The notes under the pieces: model-generated
The model's database searches: none
Told to the model about the DNA's origin: nothing
Seen by the model: the letters and a program-made list of their open reading frames with translations, nothing else
In this document: one piece after another, positions 26,781 through 41,269 of the stretch
Position numbering within the stretch: the first letter of the stretch is position 1
How the letters are laid out: each line of letters begins with the position of its first letter
Translations under genes and position numbers: made by a program
Source of the DNA: the human T2T-CHM13v2.0 reference genome, Homo sapiens
DNA length: 64,000 nt
Assembly: GCF_009914755.1 (NCBI RefSeq)
Contig: NC_060936.1
Reading direction: 5' to 3' (one strand)

Positions 26781-28006
26781 GGGCTTATTGAATATTTTAG
26801 CAGATTTCAAAATTTAACTATTAAGACAAATTTAGTGGCACCTTTTTATACTTAAACTCTAGAACATTATGAACTTACATCTCATTACAACATCCATGAA
26901 AGAGTTAAATGTAGATACCACAGAAGCACTGAGTCCCTTTAAAGGAAAAAAATTAACATTATTTAGTTGCTGCAAGAAGAAAAGATAAAATTAAGAGACA
27001 GTGTTTTTTTGCGACTATCAAACTGGAAAAAAAGGCAGAAAAAACTTTATTTTAAAGAGGAGATCAAACTTCTTATAAGCTTTTATAAGAAGAATTTTAG
27101 AGATATATGGTAAAAAGGAAATAAATAAAAGAGTTGATACCAAGATTCTTTAAAATATTATATAAGTTAAAGTATGACAGAAGTTTATAATATGGCTTAC
27201 TGGAAGAACATCAATTATATATTTTCAAAATCTCATAAATAGGTATGGTGAGGTCATGAGAAATTTCACTGACTTATAAATGCTTGCAGAATTTTTAAAT
27301 TCATTATAGTGAGATGTAATTGTGACCCACCTGATAGATGTAATACCATTTTTCCTATTTTAGAGATTACACATTTCTAAAAAAAAATAATGCCAGGCCA
27401 AGTCAATTGCTTTTTCACACAGCTAATTTGTTCAGTAATGAAAGTAAATTGGTATGATGTATACTGATTTTTATGAGACAGTTTAAGTTTGACTTAAAAT
27501 TTACTTAAATTATTATGTACTCTTTCAAATGTTAGTCTGTTTTTCTGGGTGACAATATTATGTTTTAGGGGGCAGGATTTAATTCAGATGAGAAGGCAAT
27601 CCATTTGATATACAATCACACTCATTGAAAAATAGAAGAACATATAGAAAGATAAATCATTAGAAATACCATCAAATTCTGTTCAGGTTTTTTTTTTTTC
27701 CAGAGACTTGCTACACATGGCAAGGAAACATGTAGTTATTTTCATCAAAGCACTTAGTATTCAGGTGTCTGTTATCTGTGCTAGAGCACCTGTCAATTCC
27801 AGAAGTCTAGTGATCATCCTGGTGTGAGGCGGGAGTGTAGTTAAGTGATTTGACTAAAAGAGAACGTTCGCACGACTCAGATGATGACTGCTGCTGTCTG
27901 TAGAGCTACTACCTCTTCCTGGATGAGAGCCTGTGGGGTGTGAAACCAGAGAGCAGTACTTCCTTGGTTCATTACCCTTTCTGGCAAACTCTGATTCATC
28001 ATCTAA

Positions 28007-28238
<232 letters not shown>

Positions 28239-28306
28239 TAGTTTGCTCTTCCAAAATGTCTTGCCTAACAAAAATTTTGCACATTGATCATATGTGTGTA
28301 TGTCTG

Positions 28307-28744
28307 TGTGATGGGTAATTTCATGTGTCAACCTTACTGGGCTAAGGGATGCACAGACAGCTAATAATACATCATTTCTGGGTGTGTCTGTGAAGGTGTT
28401 TGCAGAAGAGATTAGCATTTGGATTGTTTGACTGAGTGGGGAAGATGCCCTCATTAACGTGGATGGGAATCCTTTAGTCCACTGAGAGATAGAACAAAAA
28501 GGTGGAGGAAGGGCAAATTTGCTCTCTCTGCTTGCTAGGAAATTCATCTTCCCCTGCCCTTGGACATCAGTGCTTCTGATTTTTGAGCCTTTGGATTGGC
28601 TTCCCTGGTTCTCTAGCCTTCAGGTTTGGACTGGAACTTCGCCACTAGCTTTCCCAGGCCTGCAGCTTGCAGCTGGCAGATTGTAGGACTTCTCAATTTC
28701 CATAACTGTGAAAGGCAATCTCTTGTAATAAAATCTCTCTCTTC

Positions 28745-28834
<90 letters not shown>

Positions 28835-28866
28835 GGGTCGGTTTCTCTGGATAATCCTAACATAAA
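28307..28866 (+). mobile_element. MLT2B ERVL LTR with a long (CA)n tract at 28755-28830
   Basis: tgtgatgggtaatttcatgtgtcaaccttactgggctaagggatgc...ttgggtcggtttctctggataatcctaac. Confidence 0.9.
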
Positions 28867-28904
28867 ATATGTATAAATTATATATGTGCATAAAATTATA
28901 CATA

Positions 28905-29360
28905 TATTCTACAGCTGTTAGGATAAAGGCTAACTTTCTGTAACAAAGAGATCCCAAAACATCTCAAGGTGGATGGTTGATGCTGATGAGGCTCTTCTGT
29001 TTCAAAAAGTAATTCAGGCAATCTGTCACTGACAAAGTAATTCCATCTCCTTGTTTTTCTGTGTTCTAGAGAGTTACCATTCTTGCATTGTTGAAGCTGG
29101 GTCATCCCTGTCATTGTTCCAGCCGGAAATAGTAAAGAAAGTAGAGGCAGAAGAGAGCATGCTTTTTATTTTAATGCTAAAGCTTAGAAGTGCTATTCAT
29201 CTCTTCACTTAGTTATTAAACATGATCATATGAGTACATCTACCTGTAAAGGAAGTTGATATATGTAGCCCCTAATGGCATGGCTATGTGCTCAGGTCAG
29301 CTTATATGGCTACAGAAAAAGGAGAGAATGGCTTTCAGGAGAAGTTTATCAACCTGCCAC
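28905..29360 (-). mobile_element. Old MLT1 MaLR LTR
   Basis: gttaggataaaggctaactttctgtaacaaa...gatcatatgagtacatctacctgtaaaggaagttg. Confidence 0.6.
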
Positions 29361-29439
29361 TTTTATTGCATATATAATGAAATATAAAAGTGGATACAGC
29401 AAAAATCCAAAGAATAGCAACAACAACAACCACAACAAA

Positions 29440-29630
29440 CTTGGTTTCTCAATCAGGGCCATTTTGCCCAAGGAACATTTGCTAATGTCTGGATATACTT
29501 TGGGTTGGTTCTACTGGCTTCTAGTTGCATAGAGACCAAAGACACTGTTCATCATCCTACAATACACAGGAGGACAGCCACAAAAACTACCTGGCTCAAA
29601 ATGGCAATAATGTCAAATTGAGAAAATCTA
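29440..29630. mobile_element. MER20 (hAT-Charlie)
   Basis: tggtttctcaatcagggccattttgcccaaggaacatttgctaatgtctgga...catcctacaatacacagga...tggctcaaaatggcaataatg. Confidence 0.85.
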
Positions 29631-29810
29631 CTTTATATTTTTCATATTTTCAAAATATTTCATGTCATTTGGAAAAAATGACATAAAAGTTGTGTGAGGA
29701 GAACATGTTAGAGTTATTTATATTGGCTCACCTGTGTCACCCCTGCTTGACTGTAAGCAACTTTATATTAGAAATCTTATTTTGTTCTTGTGTTTATTAC
29801 AGGGCAATTA

Positions 29811-30143
29811 TTTTATTTTATTTTGTTTCATTTTATTTTATTTTTTTTGACAGAGTTTTGCTCTGTTACCCAGGCTGGAGTGCAGTGTTGTGATCTCAGC
29901 TCACTGCAACCTCCGTCTCCTGGGTTCAAGTGATTCTCATTCCTCAGTCTCCCAAGTAATTGGGGTTACAATAGCTAGGATTACAGGCGCCTGCCACCAC
30001 ACCCAGCTAATTTTTGTATTTTTAGTAGAGACGAGGATTCACCATGTGGGCCAGACTGGTCTTGAACTCCTGACCTCAGCTGATCTGCCTGCCTCGGCCT
30101 CTCAAAGTGCTGGGATTACAGGTGTGAGCCACCACACATGGTC
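29811..30143 (-). mobile_element. AluSx with (TTTTA)n tail and a 15-bp internal duplication
   Basis: Antisense full-length Alu containing gtaattggggttaca-atagctaggattaca. Confidence 0.92.
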
Positions 30144-30401
30144 TATTTCATGTTTCTGAATAAGTAATAATGAGCATGGAATATCTTTTTGGTGCCTTTT
30201 TCTATACTAAACTTTGTGGAAATTGCTTCGAAACACATGAACCCTGTTCTCAACGTCCTTGTCATTGCTTTTATTATTTCTCCGTCCTTGTCCTCCCAGA
30301 TATCAGTAATAGTGCTACTCATTTATCTCACATTTGCTGAGATATCTGTATTTGAATGTTACTTCCAACACCACAGCCACATCACTTCAAAAATCCAACA
30401 T

Positions 30402-30762
30402 ATAAAAAGGAACGAGATCATGTCCTTTGCAGCAACATGGATGGAGCTGAAGGCCATAGTTCTAAACAAACTAGCACAGGAAAAGAAAAACAAATACTGC
30501 CTGTTCTCACTTATAAGTGGGAGTTAAACCTTGAGTACACATGGATACAAAGAAGAGAACAACAGACACTAGGACTACTTGAGGGTGGAGGATGGGGGGA
30601 GTGAGGATCGAAAAACTACTGATGGGGTACTATGCTCATTACCTGGGTGAAAAAATAATCTGTACACCAAATCTCTGCGACATGCAATTTACTCATGTAA
30701 CAAACATAAACATGTATCACTTGAATCTCAAATAAAATTTAGAAAGAATTAAAAAAAAAAAA
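30402..30762 (+). mobile_element. L1PA13-16 3' end
   Basis: gagatcatgtcctttgcagcaacatggatggagctg...gagggtggagg...gaggatcgaaaaacta...A-tail. Confidence 0.88.
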
Positions 30763-31149
30763 GGGAAGTCCAACCTAGAGACACATAGCCTTGCCCGTCA
30801 CATTAAGAAGTGCCTCCCTTCACTTACTTTTCCATGAAAGAGTAAGCAAGCCAAAGCAGGAAGCAGTTCTAAATCATTAACTTCTTAACAACTCAGCTCA
30901 GATGGAAACAAAATTAAGATTTACAGGACCAGAAAGGAGGTGGTTGTTATTTACCTATTCAAAATGGGAAATGAAAGAAAATCCCAGGCTTTCCAAGATC
31001 CTGTGGCATAACCGGTATACTCAAAAGGCAAAGAAGAATGAATGAGCGAAATGAGTATTTGATGAATTTTCATACGAACTTTTGACCTTCTCAAGGATGG
31101 CAAAGTTGCTTTTACATCCCATGATCCAGCCTTGCCAACAATTTCTATT

Positions 31150-31389
31150 TTTTCTTTGTCTTCTGTCTCTCTCTCCATCTGTCTCTGTCAGTCTCTTTCT
31201 GTCAGTCTCTTTCTTTCTCTCTCCCCCTTTCCTCCTTCTCTCCCTTTTCTCATGTTTCCTCCTTCTCTCACTTTTCAAACTGTAGCAGCTTTCATTTTTA
31301 AGCTATCAATTCAACATTGCCCCTATCTGATCTAGTGACCTGTTGGGAAACTTTCTTAATCTATGTCAGAGATTATGAAATATGAAGGC

Positions 31390-31433
<44 letters not shown>
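31150..31433. repeat. Polypyrimidine tract (31150-31280) and (CT)~20 (31394-31433)
   Basis: Directly visible. Confidence 0.9.
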
Positions 31434-31437
<4 letters not shown>

Positions 31438-32079
31438 CTTCATGTGCCCTCTAGCTTACACAGAAACAAAAGTTTGATTTTTCGGCATTGATTCAGTGTT
31501 CTCCATTGGGGGAAAAAAGTATTATGATCATTATCAACAGCACCATAAGGAATCACATGAAAGGCAACACTGTGCATGGAGCTTATTGAATTGCAAACAG
31601 CTTTCTCAGAAATCAAGGCCGCCCCAATGATGCAAATCAGATGCTTACATAATGCTGTTTCCTTAGAGGGTGACAAAGGAGTGATGGGATTTAGATGCCC
31701 CTTTGTGGTGTGGCAAAGCTTTTCTGTCTTCTTGCTTCAAGCAGAATATTTTGACATATTAACTGGATCAGCACAAAATGTATCTAAAGCTATTGAATGC
31801 ACATTTTTTTTTTGATGGAATGTATACTAAACCTCTTTCCCAGGGATTTGAAGCAGCTGGAAGCTGCTATGACATTTCTGCCCTTTTTCTCCTCTTGTCT
31901 TTCCATATCCCTTCCAACCCTTTCCATAATCTATAGATATGCATATTTGGAATAACAGTGCTGGTCACAGAATGAATGAAAAAATAATCCATCTCTTTCT
32001 TACTGGATTTCATAATTTTGCATGTCATAATATTAGTTGTATACACATGTGCTACAGTGTTTTGTTTTTTTTTTTACAG

Positions 32080-32109
32080 ATGGCACATTGAATTGGGACC
32101 ATTGATCCA
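32080..32109 (+). other. Candidate 30-nt microexon
   Basis: Acceptor tgttttgtttttttttttacag|, donor CCA|GTAAGT, length divisible by 3, TGCATG motifs on both sides. No transcript evidence. Confidence 0.3.
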
Positions 32110-32619
32110 GTAAGTCATATTGTATAAAGCCAGATTCCAGTTTGACATGTGCTATGCATCACCATACATCCTTAAGAAAAATGCTTGCTGTGTATACACG
32201 TGTCTTCCCAGCAGCTGATTTCTGAATATGGGCATTGATGCATGGCATGTATTAGAGACTGGAATATATCTCCTACTGTGCAATCCAAATGAAGCTAAGT
32301 GTATTTTCTACAAGATTACCCTGCCTTCCTTTCTTTTCTCCTTTATATTTTCTTTGCTATCTCCTCCCTACTTTCTTTCTTACCTCCCCCATAATTCATT
32401 CCTTTAATATTTTCCTCTTTGAATCATGGTCTTTTTTTCTTTTCTATTAGTCTAGAGATGCCTTGAAAATATCATGATATCTTTGTGTAATATCTGAGCC
32501 TCATTGTCTGGTTATCAAAGAGAGTCGGTAAATGCTTATTAAATAAACTATTGATCCTATTTTTTAGTAGTTACATGCATATTTATCTAAGACGGCATAA
32601 GGCTGATGTGTAGAAATTT

Positions 32620-33030
32620 TATCTTTGTCATTGTTATCACCATCACCACTTCTGTCATCCTTGACATAATCATCATCATCACCATACTGAGTGCTTACTC
32701 TCCACACCAAGAGGGTTAAAATTATTCTTTCACTTAATTTTGTACTGACCTTGTTAGTGTCCTCATCTGTAAAATGGAGACGATAATAGCACCTTCTCCA
32801 TATACTTCTTGTAAGTACGAAAATGGAATGATATACAGAAAGTGTTTCAAGTATTACCTGAATACTAAATAATTCATAAATATTAGCTATTGACATAACA
32901 ATTATTATTTTAATCTGCACTGAAGGGGAATAGAGAGGTTAGGTAATTTGCTAAAAGTCACTCAGCTATTAAATGTCAGAAACTGGAAACAAGCTCCCAG
33001 TTTTGGCTTCATGGTCCAAGCTCTTACAAA
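32620..33030. mobile_element. MIR fragments, mixed orientation
   Basis: tactgagtgcttactc; cctcatctgtaaaatggagacgataatagcacct; agaggttaggtaatttgctaaaagtcactcagct. Confidence 0.7.
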
Positions 33031-33737
33031 TACTGGCTTTCCATTATCAGAGAGTCTCTAAATTTCTTGACAAAAGCAGAGGTAATAAGTCAAATGCATA
33101 CTATGATAGATTTTGAGAGAGAAACGTTTTTCTCATAAAAAAGGAAGAGTTTGAACAAAATTCTAAAAGAAAATAAATAGTTTCAAAAATTTTTACCTTT
33201 ACCATTAAAGCCTTCTGTATCACAGATTGGATGTGCAGTATAATTATATTTATGTCAGAAATATACTTATGAAGTTACTCTACCTGCTAATGCAATGATA
33301 TCTCATCTTTATAATTTTATACTTTGAAGTCAAACATAACGTTTTGAACAGCTAATGACACTGCTTCTGTGGTAATGTCCAAACAATGAAACCTGCTCTA
33401 AAGAAGAAAATAGCTGGCCCTTCTTCCTTTCTTCTTTCCTGCTTTGATGGTCTCTGGTTTTGCTTAACATTTGTTAAAGTTAGTGATGAAATTTTATGTC
33501 AAAGGGACAAAACGTTTAGATTATTATGAGTCAAGGTAAATATTTAAGAATTTATGTAAATATCTAGATGGGGAACAAGGAAACTAACACATTCTAAAAA
33601 TTGTATTAAAAAGTATTTTGCACAGAAAAAAATTCACAAAAGATGAATAGAAATGAGTCAAATGACTACCTATTGGAAATTGTTTAAAAATTATGACATA
33701 TGAACAGAACATTTACCAAAGACCATATTTTACTGAG

Positions 33738-34090
33738 TTTCATACTATTGCTTGTAAGATGCACCTTATTTTTTATAAAGCTAAGAAAGAAAAAAAACCT
33801 ACTCATCAAATATCACCATACCTTCTTACCCTTTGGACTTTTTAACTTCAAATTCTAAAAGAGCTTTCAGACTTATTAGACAAAAATTTTGGTAATATTT
33901 GTCTTGTGTCTACATAAAAAGAAAACATCTATCAACTATTGACTAAGGAATTTCTAAAGTGTCTTTATATTCAGAATCCAAGTCTTTTCTTTTTATCAGT
34001 TTTTGAGTCAGTCATTGATGTCCATGTTTTCCCACATGATATTTTCCTCTTTATCAAAAGAATATTAATAATATAACATTTCTCAAGATA
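33738..34090 (-). mobile_element. Tc2/pogo-type (Kanga-like) DNA transposon 3' fragment
   Basis: Terminal-like ttgtaagatgcac. The minus strand of ~34020-34090 resembles a decayed SFKKCCITNALDGTEDDIVW transposase C-terminus. Confidence 0.5.
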
Positions 34091-34119
34091 ATTAATTTAG
34101 GAATTAAAGTTATTAATGC

Positions 34120-36022
34120 TAGTGAATTATACAAACAATGGACTGTCCAAAAAACGGATTAAGAAAACAATTCCACTACAGTAGCATTGAAAACAATAAA
34201 ATATTCATGAATAAATTTAAATCAGGTGATAAAAGATCTCTGCACAGAAAACTGTAAAACAATAGTGAAAGAAATTGAAGAAGACACAAACAAATGACAA
34301 GATATTCATTGGGATTGGAAGAAATTAATATTGTTGAAATGTCCACACTACCCAATTTTATCTACAGATTCAATACAATCCCTACCAAAAATGCCAATGG
34401 CATTTCCCCCCAAAATACAAAAAAAGTTAAAATGTATATAAAACCACAAAAGACCCCCAAATAACCAAAGAAAACTTGAGAAAGAAGAACGAAGCTGGAG
34501 GCATTGTACTTCCTAATTTCAAATTATATAATAAAGCTATAGTAATAAAAATAGTATGGTACTGGCATAAAAGCAGATCCATGATTTTTTTCAGACCAAT
34601 GGAACAGACTGGAGAGCCCTGAAATAAACAGAGCATGTAGAGTTAACTAATCTTTGACAAAGGTGCGAGGAATACACAATGAGGAAATGATAATCTCTTC
34701 AATATGTGGTGTGAGAAAAGCTATATATCCAGATGCAAAAAAATGAAATTGGAATTTTGTCTTAAACTACATAAAAAATAAACTCAAAATAGATTAAACA
34801 CTTAAACAGAAGACCTGAAACCATGAATCTTCTAGAAGAAAACATAAGGAAAAAGCTTCTTGACATTGGTCTTGGCAATGATTTTTTGGATATGACCCAA
34901 AAAACACAGGCAACAAAAGTGAAAATAAACAAGTGGTACTATTTTAAACTAAAAGTCTTCTTCACAGCAAAGAAAACAATCAACAAAATGAAAAGGCAGT
35001 CTATTTACAAATATTTACAAATCATTTACCTTATAAAGGGTTAATATCCAAAATATGTAATGAACTCATACAGTTCAACAGCAAATAAAAAACAAAAACC
35101 TGATTTAAAAATGGGAAAAACATGAATAGATATTTTTCCAAAGAAGACATAAAATGGGCTTCAGGTTTATGAAAAGGTGCTCAACATCACTAATCATCAG
35201 AGAATGCAAATCAGAACCACAGTGAGCTATGATCCTGCACCTGTTAGGATGGTTACTATAAAAAAGGCAAGGGATAACAACAGAATGTGGAGAAAAGGGA
35301 AACTGTGCATTGTTGGTGGGAATGTAAAGTGGTACATCCATTATGGAAAACAGTATAGGGGTTCTTCAAAAAAATAAAAATAGAACTACCATTTTGCAAT
35401 CTTACTTCTGGATCTATATCCAAAGATACATGACTTCAACGTATGAATTCACAAAGAAAATGTAACAAATACATACACAATGGAATCTTATTCAGCCTTA
35501 AAAAAGAAGCATATCCTGCCATTTTAGACAATATGGGTGAACTTGGAGGACATTATGCTAAGTGAAATAAGCTGGGCACAGATATACAAATACTGCTTGA
35601 TCTCAATTTTATGCAGAATTGAAAAAAGTCAAACTCATAGAAGCAGAGAGTAGAATGGTGGTTGCTAGAGGCTGGGGATGGGAGAAATGGGGTGATGTTA
35701 GTCAAAGGGTATAAACTTGTTTATAGATGAAAAAGTTTTCCGGGGAATCTAATGTACAGCATGGTGACTACAGTCAATAATACGGTATCATATACATTAA
35801 ATTTGCTAAAAGAGCAGATATTAATTGTTTTTAACACACACACACACACACACACACCACACACACACACAAATGAGTACCCATGTGAGGTGATGGATGT
35901 GTTAATTAACTTGATTTTGGAAATCATTTCATAATGGGTACGTATATGTGTATCAATTTATGTTGTATCCCATAAATATATACAAACTGTCAATCTTACA
36001 TTAGTAAAGCTGGAAAAAAAAA
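34120..36022 (+). mobile_element. L1MA8/9-like, 5'-truncated (ORF2 3' part and 3'UTR)
   Basis: Continuous ORF2 homology (gaaagaaattgaagaagacacaaa...). The 3'UTR reads gaagcagagagtagaatggtggttgc...tctaatgtacagcatggtgactac...aaagctggaaaaaa. Confidence 0.9.
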
Positions 36023-36155
36023 GAATGTCAGAAGCCAATAAGCTATCATCACCTTAAAAACCACAAAAAGAAGAAAAAACTATAAACAAAGCAATCAGAA
36101 TGAAGAAAATAAAGAGGAGAAATGAATGAAATTGAAAAAATAAACACTAAAAACA

Positions 36156-36290
36156 ACCAGACACTATGGCTCATGCCTAGAATCCCAGCACTTTCAGAGG
36201 CTGAGGTGGGAGAATTCCCTGAGGCCAGTTTGAGCTCAGCCCAGCTTTGGCAACAAATTGAGACCCCCATATCTAAAAAAATTATTTTAA
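36156..36290 (+). mobile_element. FLAM / free left Alu monomer
   Basis: tggctcatgcctagaatcccagcactttcagaggctgaggtgggag...gagacccccatatctaaaaaa; no right arm. Confidence 0.8.
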
Positions 36291-37179
36291 AAAATAAAAT
36301 CAAATCAGTGAATCTAAAAACTCGTTCAATCTAATTGATGAAACTATAGCCAGAACAATAAAGAATAAAACAAAGTAGATAAAATTACCAATATGAGGAA
36401 TAAACAGAGGACATAACTACATGTCTTACAGGCATTACATGGATAATAACAGAATATCGTGAGGCCTATGATAGTAAGTTTGAAAACATGAAACGGATAA
36501 ATTCCTGCTAAAAGCAGACTACTGAATCTCACTCATAAAGGAGATAAACTGAATAGTATGTCATTTAGTAAGTTATTTGAATTTTTAATTAAACATTTTC
36601 TCCCAAAGAAGACTCAAGGCCCAGATGATAGCGTGAGTGAATTCTGTGAACCATTTAAAGAAGAATTATGCCATTTTTATACAAACTGCTTCAGAAAATT
36701 TAAAATAAGAATGCTCTCCAATTTGTTTTATGAGACCTGATGATACCAAAGCCAGACAGCAACATTACAAGGAAAAAAAAAAACAAAACTTAAACCAATA
36801 CAAAAATGGTACCAAAAAATGGAATGTTGACATGGTTCAGTATCCTCACCTGAATCCTCACCTGTAAAATTCTTTAATACATTATTAGCAAATCAAATTT
36901 AGAAATGTTTAAGAAGAATGATACAGCATGAAGAGTGGTATTTATCTCTGGGATGCAAGGTTGATTTGTCATGTGAAAGTCAATCATTGTAATTCACTAT
37001 ATCAAAACAATGTAGTAGAAAAGTGTATTATCTGAACAGATACAATGAGTTTTTAAAAAGTCAACCTGTACTCACAATAAAAATATCTCAGCAATCTAAT
37101 AGCAGAGGGAAACTTCCTTAACTTGATAAAAGACATCTATAATAACCTGTAACTGACAGTAAACTTAATAGTAAAAGAC

Positions 37180-37736
<557 letters not shown>

Positions 37737-40700
37737 TCAACTATATTTTCATAAACTAGTACTGAACACTTGAGACTAAAATAAATTTTAAGATCTGCAT
37801 AATTTACAATAGCATAAAAAGGAACATGAAGCACCTAGTGACGAATGTAACTAACCTACTTTGTGGAATATTTTTACATTAAAAATAGAAACACTGATGA
37901 GAACAATTGTAATGATCTAAATAAATTGAGATATATTGTATTCATGGATTAGAAAACTCAAATTATTAACTTATCAAGTCTTTCTAAATTGGTATAGAGA
38001 TTGGAAGGAATACTAATCACAATCCAATTAGGATTATTTTTAGATATTGGGAAGTGACTCTAAAATTTAAACGGAAAGGCAATGGTCATAGAATAGTCCA
38101 ATCAATTTTGAAATTAAATAAAACAAATTTGGAAGACACACAAAACCTGATTTCAAGACTTATTATATGGCTTCAGTAATTAAGACATCGTGGTTTCAGT
38201 GGTAGGATAGACTTGTTAATTGATAGAACAAAATAGAAAGTCCGAAAGAGACTCACATATCTATGGTCAATTGATTTTCTATAAATGTAATGTGCCAAGG
38301 TAATTCTAGAGAGAAAATATATTCTTCTCAATACATTTTACTGGGACAAAAAACCCAACACAAACAAACAAAAACTGTGTCCTCTCTCTGTATTTGTATA
38401 CACACTGTATACAAATGTTAACTTGAAATGGATCATATAACTTAGTGAGGAACTTAGAAATATATAACTTCCAGAAGAAAATACAGGAGAAAACCTTTGT
38501 GAACTTGGGGTGGACAAATATTCCTATACGGCACACCAAAGCACAAACCGTAAGATAAAAATTTTGCATTTGTATTTCATCAAAATTAAAACTTTCTGCT
38601 CTCAAAAGGTCTCTTAAAATACAATAATAAGAAGATACACAATCCAATATAATGGGCAAAAGTTTGAAAAGAAATTTCACACACTCATAAAAAATATATA
38701 TGCCAAATAAGCACATGAAAAAAATGCTTGGCATAATTAATCAGTAGGAAAATTCAAATTTGAACAACAAAAATATATAACTACATACCTACTAGATTGA
38801 CTAAAATTACAAAAATCATTGCTGGTGAGGGATGCAATGCATGTATTTCTCCCATTGATTGCTAGTGGGAAAGGAAACTGGTACAGTCACTTCAGAAAAT
38901 AGTTTGGCAGTATAGAGTTAAACATATACTTAACATAAAAGTCAATCATACTACTCCAAGGTATTTTCACGAGAATGTCGAGAACATATCTCCACACAAT
39001 ATCTGTATGTGAACATTTGTAACAATTTCATTCATAATCACTAAAAACTGGAAACAATTCAAAGAGCATCAACTGGTGAATAGATACAAGCTGTGGTATA
39101 TCCATATAATAGAATATTACTAAGCAAAAAGGAACAAACACTACATCAACAATATGATGCTGTTAGCATTAAGCCAAGTGAAAAAGCCCATGTTTCCAGT
39201 TATATGACATTCTTGAGAAAGCAAAATTATAACCACAAAGATCAAATTAGTAGTTTGCAGGGGTCCAGGGTAAGTGGAACCTTCCTCCATGCAAAGATCC
39301 ATAAAGATAGCTCTTTAGAGTAATGGCAATATTATATAAATTGGTTTGAAATTGTGGTCACACACATTATATATTTGTCAAGCTCAACAAACTGCAAATA
39401 AAATAGGTAATTTTCACTGTATGTAAATTATATCGCAAGTAATAATAATGAACAAAAAATTAACAACAAAAAAGAAAAATCCACATAGTAATACTAATGT
39501 GTGTGCTTATATATTTTAGCAGCAACTGGAGTAGAAATATTTTGAGAAATAATTTGGCAATATGTATAAAAAGCTTTAAATATTATCATGGATTTAATTT
39601 GAACATCTTCATTATGGCACCAAAAGAAAATAATCTAACAGATAAGAAAAATTATGGCCATAAAGATGTTTTCTGCAGAATTATTTATCATAGTGAAAAC
39701 ATGGAAGTAACTTTAAGGTCTAACAAAATATGTGAAATCTGTGAAGGACTGAGTAAGATTTAGAGTGACATCTTGATTAGACTTTAAATGAATACAGTTA
39801 TTCAATAAATAGAAAAGGTCATGATGCAACATAAATTAAAAAGAGCAATATACCCAATTTTATTTAAGGTCTTCTTTTAAATCATGGCTGACCAAACACA
39901 CACGTGTACTTTTCAGTCCCTAGAGCTGTTATAGTTGAATCTACAGGAGTAGTAGTGAAACTTTATCCAAATGGTCTTCCTTTTTTTTTCCCGCCTTCAA
40001 CCTGCTCTCAACCCCTACTTCCACTTTTGAGGCACCTAATCACAAACTAAAATTCTGTGTACCTCTTTTAAAAAATCACCATGGTAAAGTACTTTTCTCA
40101 GCATTTTTTTTTTCTGTTTTGAATTTAAATAATAAATCTAAGGTCATGGCTATATTAATAAAACATATTGTTAAAAATTAGTTAACAAAGAAAAACAAAC
40201 ATAAATAGCTGCAAAAATACTACATATTTTTAAAAGTAACTTTATCATGTATAAATATCTATTTGATTGTAGCATTGATTTGATCTGATATTAACTCCTT
40301 ATTGATGATTAACAATAATAAAAATGATGATATAATAGGTATGTGTGCATGCAACTTATTTAAACCCTCTTTGCCATTTTTAAAAATCTTAAATACTAAT
40401 GGATGGTTTTCAAAGTTATAATGTTGTGATAAATATTATATTTTAAGGATTAACTACCAGACTACCAAAAAGTATTTAGGACTACCAAGACAATTTCTGA
40501 ACAGTATTTTAGTATGTTTTAAAATTTCCTAATTATATTCTACATCACTATCCAAACACAGCCTTCAAATGTCTTAGTTTCTATTACACACATGGAATCA
40601 ATTTTCATTGATTTTTGTTCTATTTGACTGATTTTTAAAAGCAATTTTTATTTTTGAATAAAGATAGATTCAAAACTTACTAAAGAGATGATATAGAATA

Positions 40701-41269
40701 TTAACTACTCTGAATTTGCCTTACATAGAATCAGACTTGTAAAGATTGTCTTTAATTAATTGAATATTAAGAAATATATTTGCTTTATATAAATGTATTT
40801 ACTATAATTAAGTGTTATAAACTTTCTTTACCATCAGATTCTCTTTATATGGTAATCAATAATCTGAAATGCTACCGATTTGCGGCATTTCCATTCCCTT
40901 AACATTATGATTGTTTATGTAACTAATTAGTTCATAAGCTCTGATTCTTAGTTATCATTGTTTTCTAATGCTAATCACAGCTCAAGGAATTAAGTGTTTA
41001 AAAAGCAGTGTTTGTTAGACTTAATGGAAATATAGCATTTAACAATATTTTTTCATATAATATCTTGTTCAGTAAGTACTGAACTGAGCCTACATTCAAA
41101 TTTCATTGCATTCCTTTTTGAAATCTATCCAATTTTCCAGAAAACGCTTGGGGTAAAAATTGACTCATGCTTATGTGGGGTTTTGGCATAATTTGCCCCA
41201 GCTTAATATCTTCCAAAGAATCTTCATTACCTTAAAAAAGATACTTAAAAATATACAAAAGTCCCTCTC

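Noticed and set aside
27069-27092. 10-bp-arm hairpin cttcttataa-gctt-ttataagaag
   Set aside because: Short, AT-rich and isolated; compatible with chance or simple slippage.
31535-31560. cagcacca resembling a REST/NRSE left half-site
   Set aside because: The right half (GGACAG) is absent.
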